Of a DNA stretch of 54,185 nucleotides, positions 52,545 to 54,185 are shown one piece after another. Origin of the DNA: an uncultured Clostridia bacterium. Its GTDB lineage: Bacteria; Bacillota; Clostridia; TANB77; CAG-508. The DNA is taken from NCBI GenBank assembly GCA_944387395.1, contig CALXEU010000066.1, positions 1-54,185 on the forward strand. The letters run 5' to 3'. The stretch's first letter is position 1. Each line of letters begins with the position of its first letter. Under the pieces are notes generated by a model. The model had not been told where the DNA came from. It searched no databases and saw only the letters and a program-made list of their open reading frames with translations. The position numbers were made by a program, and so were the translations under genes.

Positions 52545-53801
52545 ATGGAAAATATTGAAACTATTAAAGAGTATGAATTTTTAGAATTTTATAATAGTAG
52601 AACTTTTGATGCTAATTGTTTTAATGAAGATGGTTCTTTGAATAAGAACTATAACTCCTTTAAATCGACTGGGGTTATTGCTTCTATTTTTGAAGATTAT
52701 TGGGAAAAAACTTATCTTGAGAATAAAACTCTTATCGATAAATATCGTCCTAATGCTACTATCGAGATTCAAAAAATTATTGATTGTGCTAACAAAAATT
52801 TGGGTTGTTCCCTTTATGTATGTCCTCATTGTAATGATATCGTTTTTATTGGACATACTTGTAAATCTAGATTTTGCTCTTCTTGTGGTTACAAATACAA
52901 AAATAATCGTGTTGAAAATATTCTTCAAACTGCTTATAATTGTAATCACAGGCAAATTGTTTTTACTATTCCTGAACAACTTAGAGCTTATTTTTTCTTT
53001 CCTTTTGAAAATAGAATTAATATGCTTTTTAAAGCTGTTAGAAATACTATTTATTCTATTTTAAATGTATCTTTTAAAAAAAATAAGAAAGGTATTTTGA
53101 AAAAATATACTTCTAAGGTTAAGTATACTCCGGGTTTCTTTGCGTTCCTTCATACTTTTGGTAGAAATTTAAAATGGAATCCTCATATTCACATCCTCAT
53201 TGCTGAAATTAAATTAGGTAGTGATAACACTTGTAAACCTTGGAAATTTTTTGATTATGATGCTCTTTCTCTTCGTTTTCAAAAAATACTTTTAGATTTA
53301 CTTTCTAAAGATTTGGGGAAATCTTTTAATAAACTCAAATCTTTTCTTTTCAAAAATTATTCTAAAGGTTTTTATGTTTATGCTGAACATAAAGAATTTA
53401 AAGATTTTAAATCTGGTGTCGAATATGTTACTAGATATTGTGGTAGAGTCCCTATTAGTGAAAATCGTATTGTCAATTATGATGGTTCTAATGTTACTTT
53501 TTCCTATATTGATCACAAAGATAACAAATATCATGAAATTACTTTATCTGCTTCAGAATTTATTTTAATTTTATTAAGGCACTTATTGCCTACTCAATTT
53601 AAAATTATTAGATATTATGGTTTTTACAGAAAAAAACATTCTATGCACCATAAAATGATTCCTTTAATTAAAAAACATTTACGTTCTTTTAGAAAAAAAC
53701 TTCTAAATTATGAACTTAGTATTTCTATGGCTTTCCATAGAAACCCTTTTAATTGTCCTAAATGTAATACCAAAATGGATTTTGTCCTCTATATTAATTA
53801 G
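52545..53801 (+). CDS. IS91-family (Y2 HUH) transposase
   Basis: CPHC..CKSRFCSSCG zinc-binding domain, HTFG...NPHIH HUH motif, YVTRY, IRYYG, C-terminal CPKC. Confidence 0.92.
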   Translation: MENIETIKEYEFLEFYNSRTFDANCFNEDGSLNKNYNSFKSTGVIASIFEDYWEKTYLENKTLIDKYRPNATIEIQKIIDCANKNLGCSLYVCPHCNDIVFIGHTCKSRFCSSCGYKYKNNRVENILQTAYNCNHRQIVFTIPEQLRAYFFFPFENRINMLFKAVRNTIYSILNVSFKKNKKGILKKYTSKVKYTPGFFAFLHTFGRNLKWNPHIHILIAEIKLGSDNTCKPWKFFDYDALSLRFQKILLDLLSKDLGKSFNKLKSFLFKNYSKGFYVYAEHKEFKDFKSGVEYVTRYCGRVPISENRIVNYDGSNVTFSYIDHKDNKYHEITLSASEFILILLRHLLPTQFKIIRYYGFYRKKHSMHHKMIPLIKKHLRSFRKKLLNYELSISMAFHRNPFNCPKCNTKMDFVLYIN

Positions 53802-53816
53802 AAATGAGGTTTTAAT

Positions 53817-54065
53817 ATGTTTGATTTTAACTCTTTCCCATTTGCTTTAAGTGGAAAAACAGTTGCTTACATCTGCCCAAAATGTAAATACAAATTTGAT
53901 GCTCCAATGGAGGCCGTTTTAGAATTTGAAGAAGATGATGAGTTAAATGGTCTACCTATTTCAACTCCACCATATATTATTTGTGCTAAATGTAATTTCG
54001 ATAAATGTGTTCCAATTGATTATGTATCAAAGAGAGGTTTCCATCACATCTATAAGGATAATTAA
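53817..54065 (+). CDS. Small zinc-ribbon protein
   Basis: CPKC and CAKC pairs; SD GAGGT; 15 nt after the transposase stop. Confidence 0.75.
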   Translation: MFDFNSFPFALSGKTVAYICPKCKYKFDAPMEAVLEFEEDDELNGLPISTPPYIICAKCNFDKCVPIDYVSKRGFHHIYKDN

Positions 54066-54185
54066 TTATATACTTAACTCCATTTTTTTACATACCAAAT
54101 TAAGTTTTGATTTGGTCTATTTTTGTTGTACTATATTTTTTTATTTTGTTTTTAATTATGTATTACTTTCCTATTATATAAAAAA

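Larger units (their letters stand above)
52469..54116 (+). mobile_element. Putative IS91-family rolling-circle element; ends are approximate
   Basis: Transposase plus passenger ORF, bounded by clustered palindromes on the left and ACCAAAT/ATTTGGT on the right. Confidence 0.55.

Overview
A 54 kb, very AT-rich chromosomal segment from a spore-forming Clostridia-like Bacillota genome. The G|ITLIALVVTI pilin-like gene and the tail-less LPxTG protein suggest an uncultured gut lineage such as TANB77, which is an inference. It carries the S10-spc ribosomal protein operon (rpsJ to secY, no rpmD), spoVG, murC, divergent aspS/asnS, mfd, ftsH, tilS, dnaB-rplI-gdpP, a SpoVD/FtsI-type PBP, ctsR-mcsA-mcsB-clpC, a SASP gene, a sortase-LPxTG pair and an IS91-family transposase. 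Three unusual translation-level features stand out. (1) mfd and the PBP gene are each broken by a +1 frame change at the same motif, GCN-CGG-AG. These are the only in-frame CGG codons I found in the window, which suggests natural +1 recoding (CGGA giving Gly), although a systematic sequencing error is not excluded. (2) An (AG)14 microsatellite inside a leader ORF determines whether the ribosome reaches an intrinsic terminator in front of the pilin-like gene, a candidate phase-variable attenuator. (3) The Shine-Dalgarno sequences of aspS and asnS are separated from their start codons by hairpins. All calls come from manual reading; no database searches were run.
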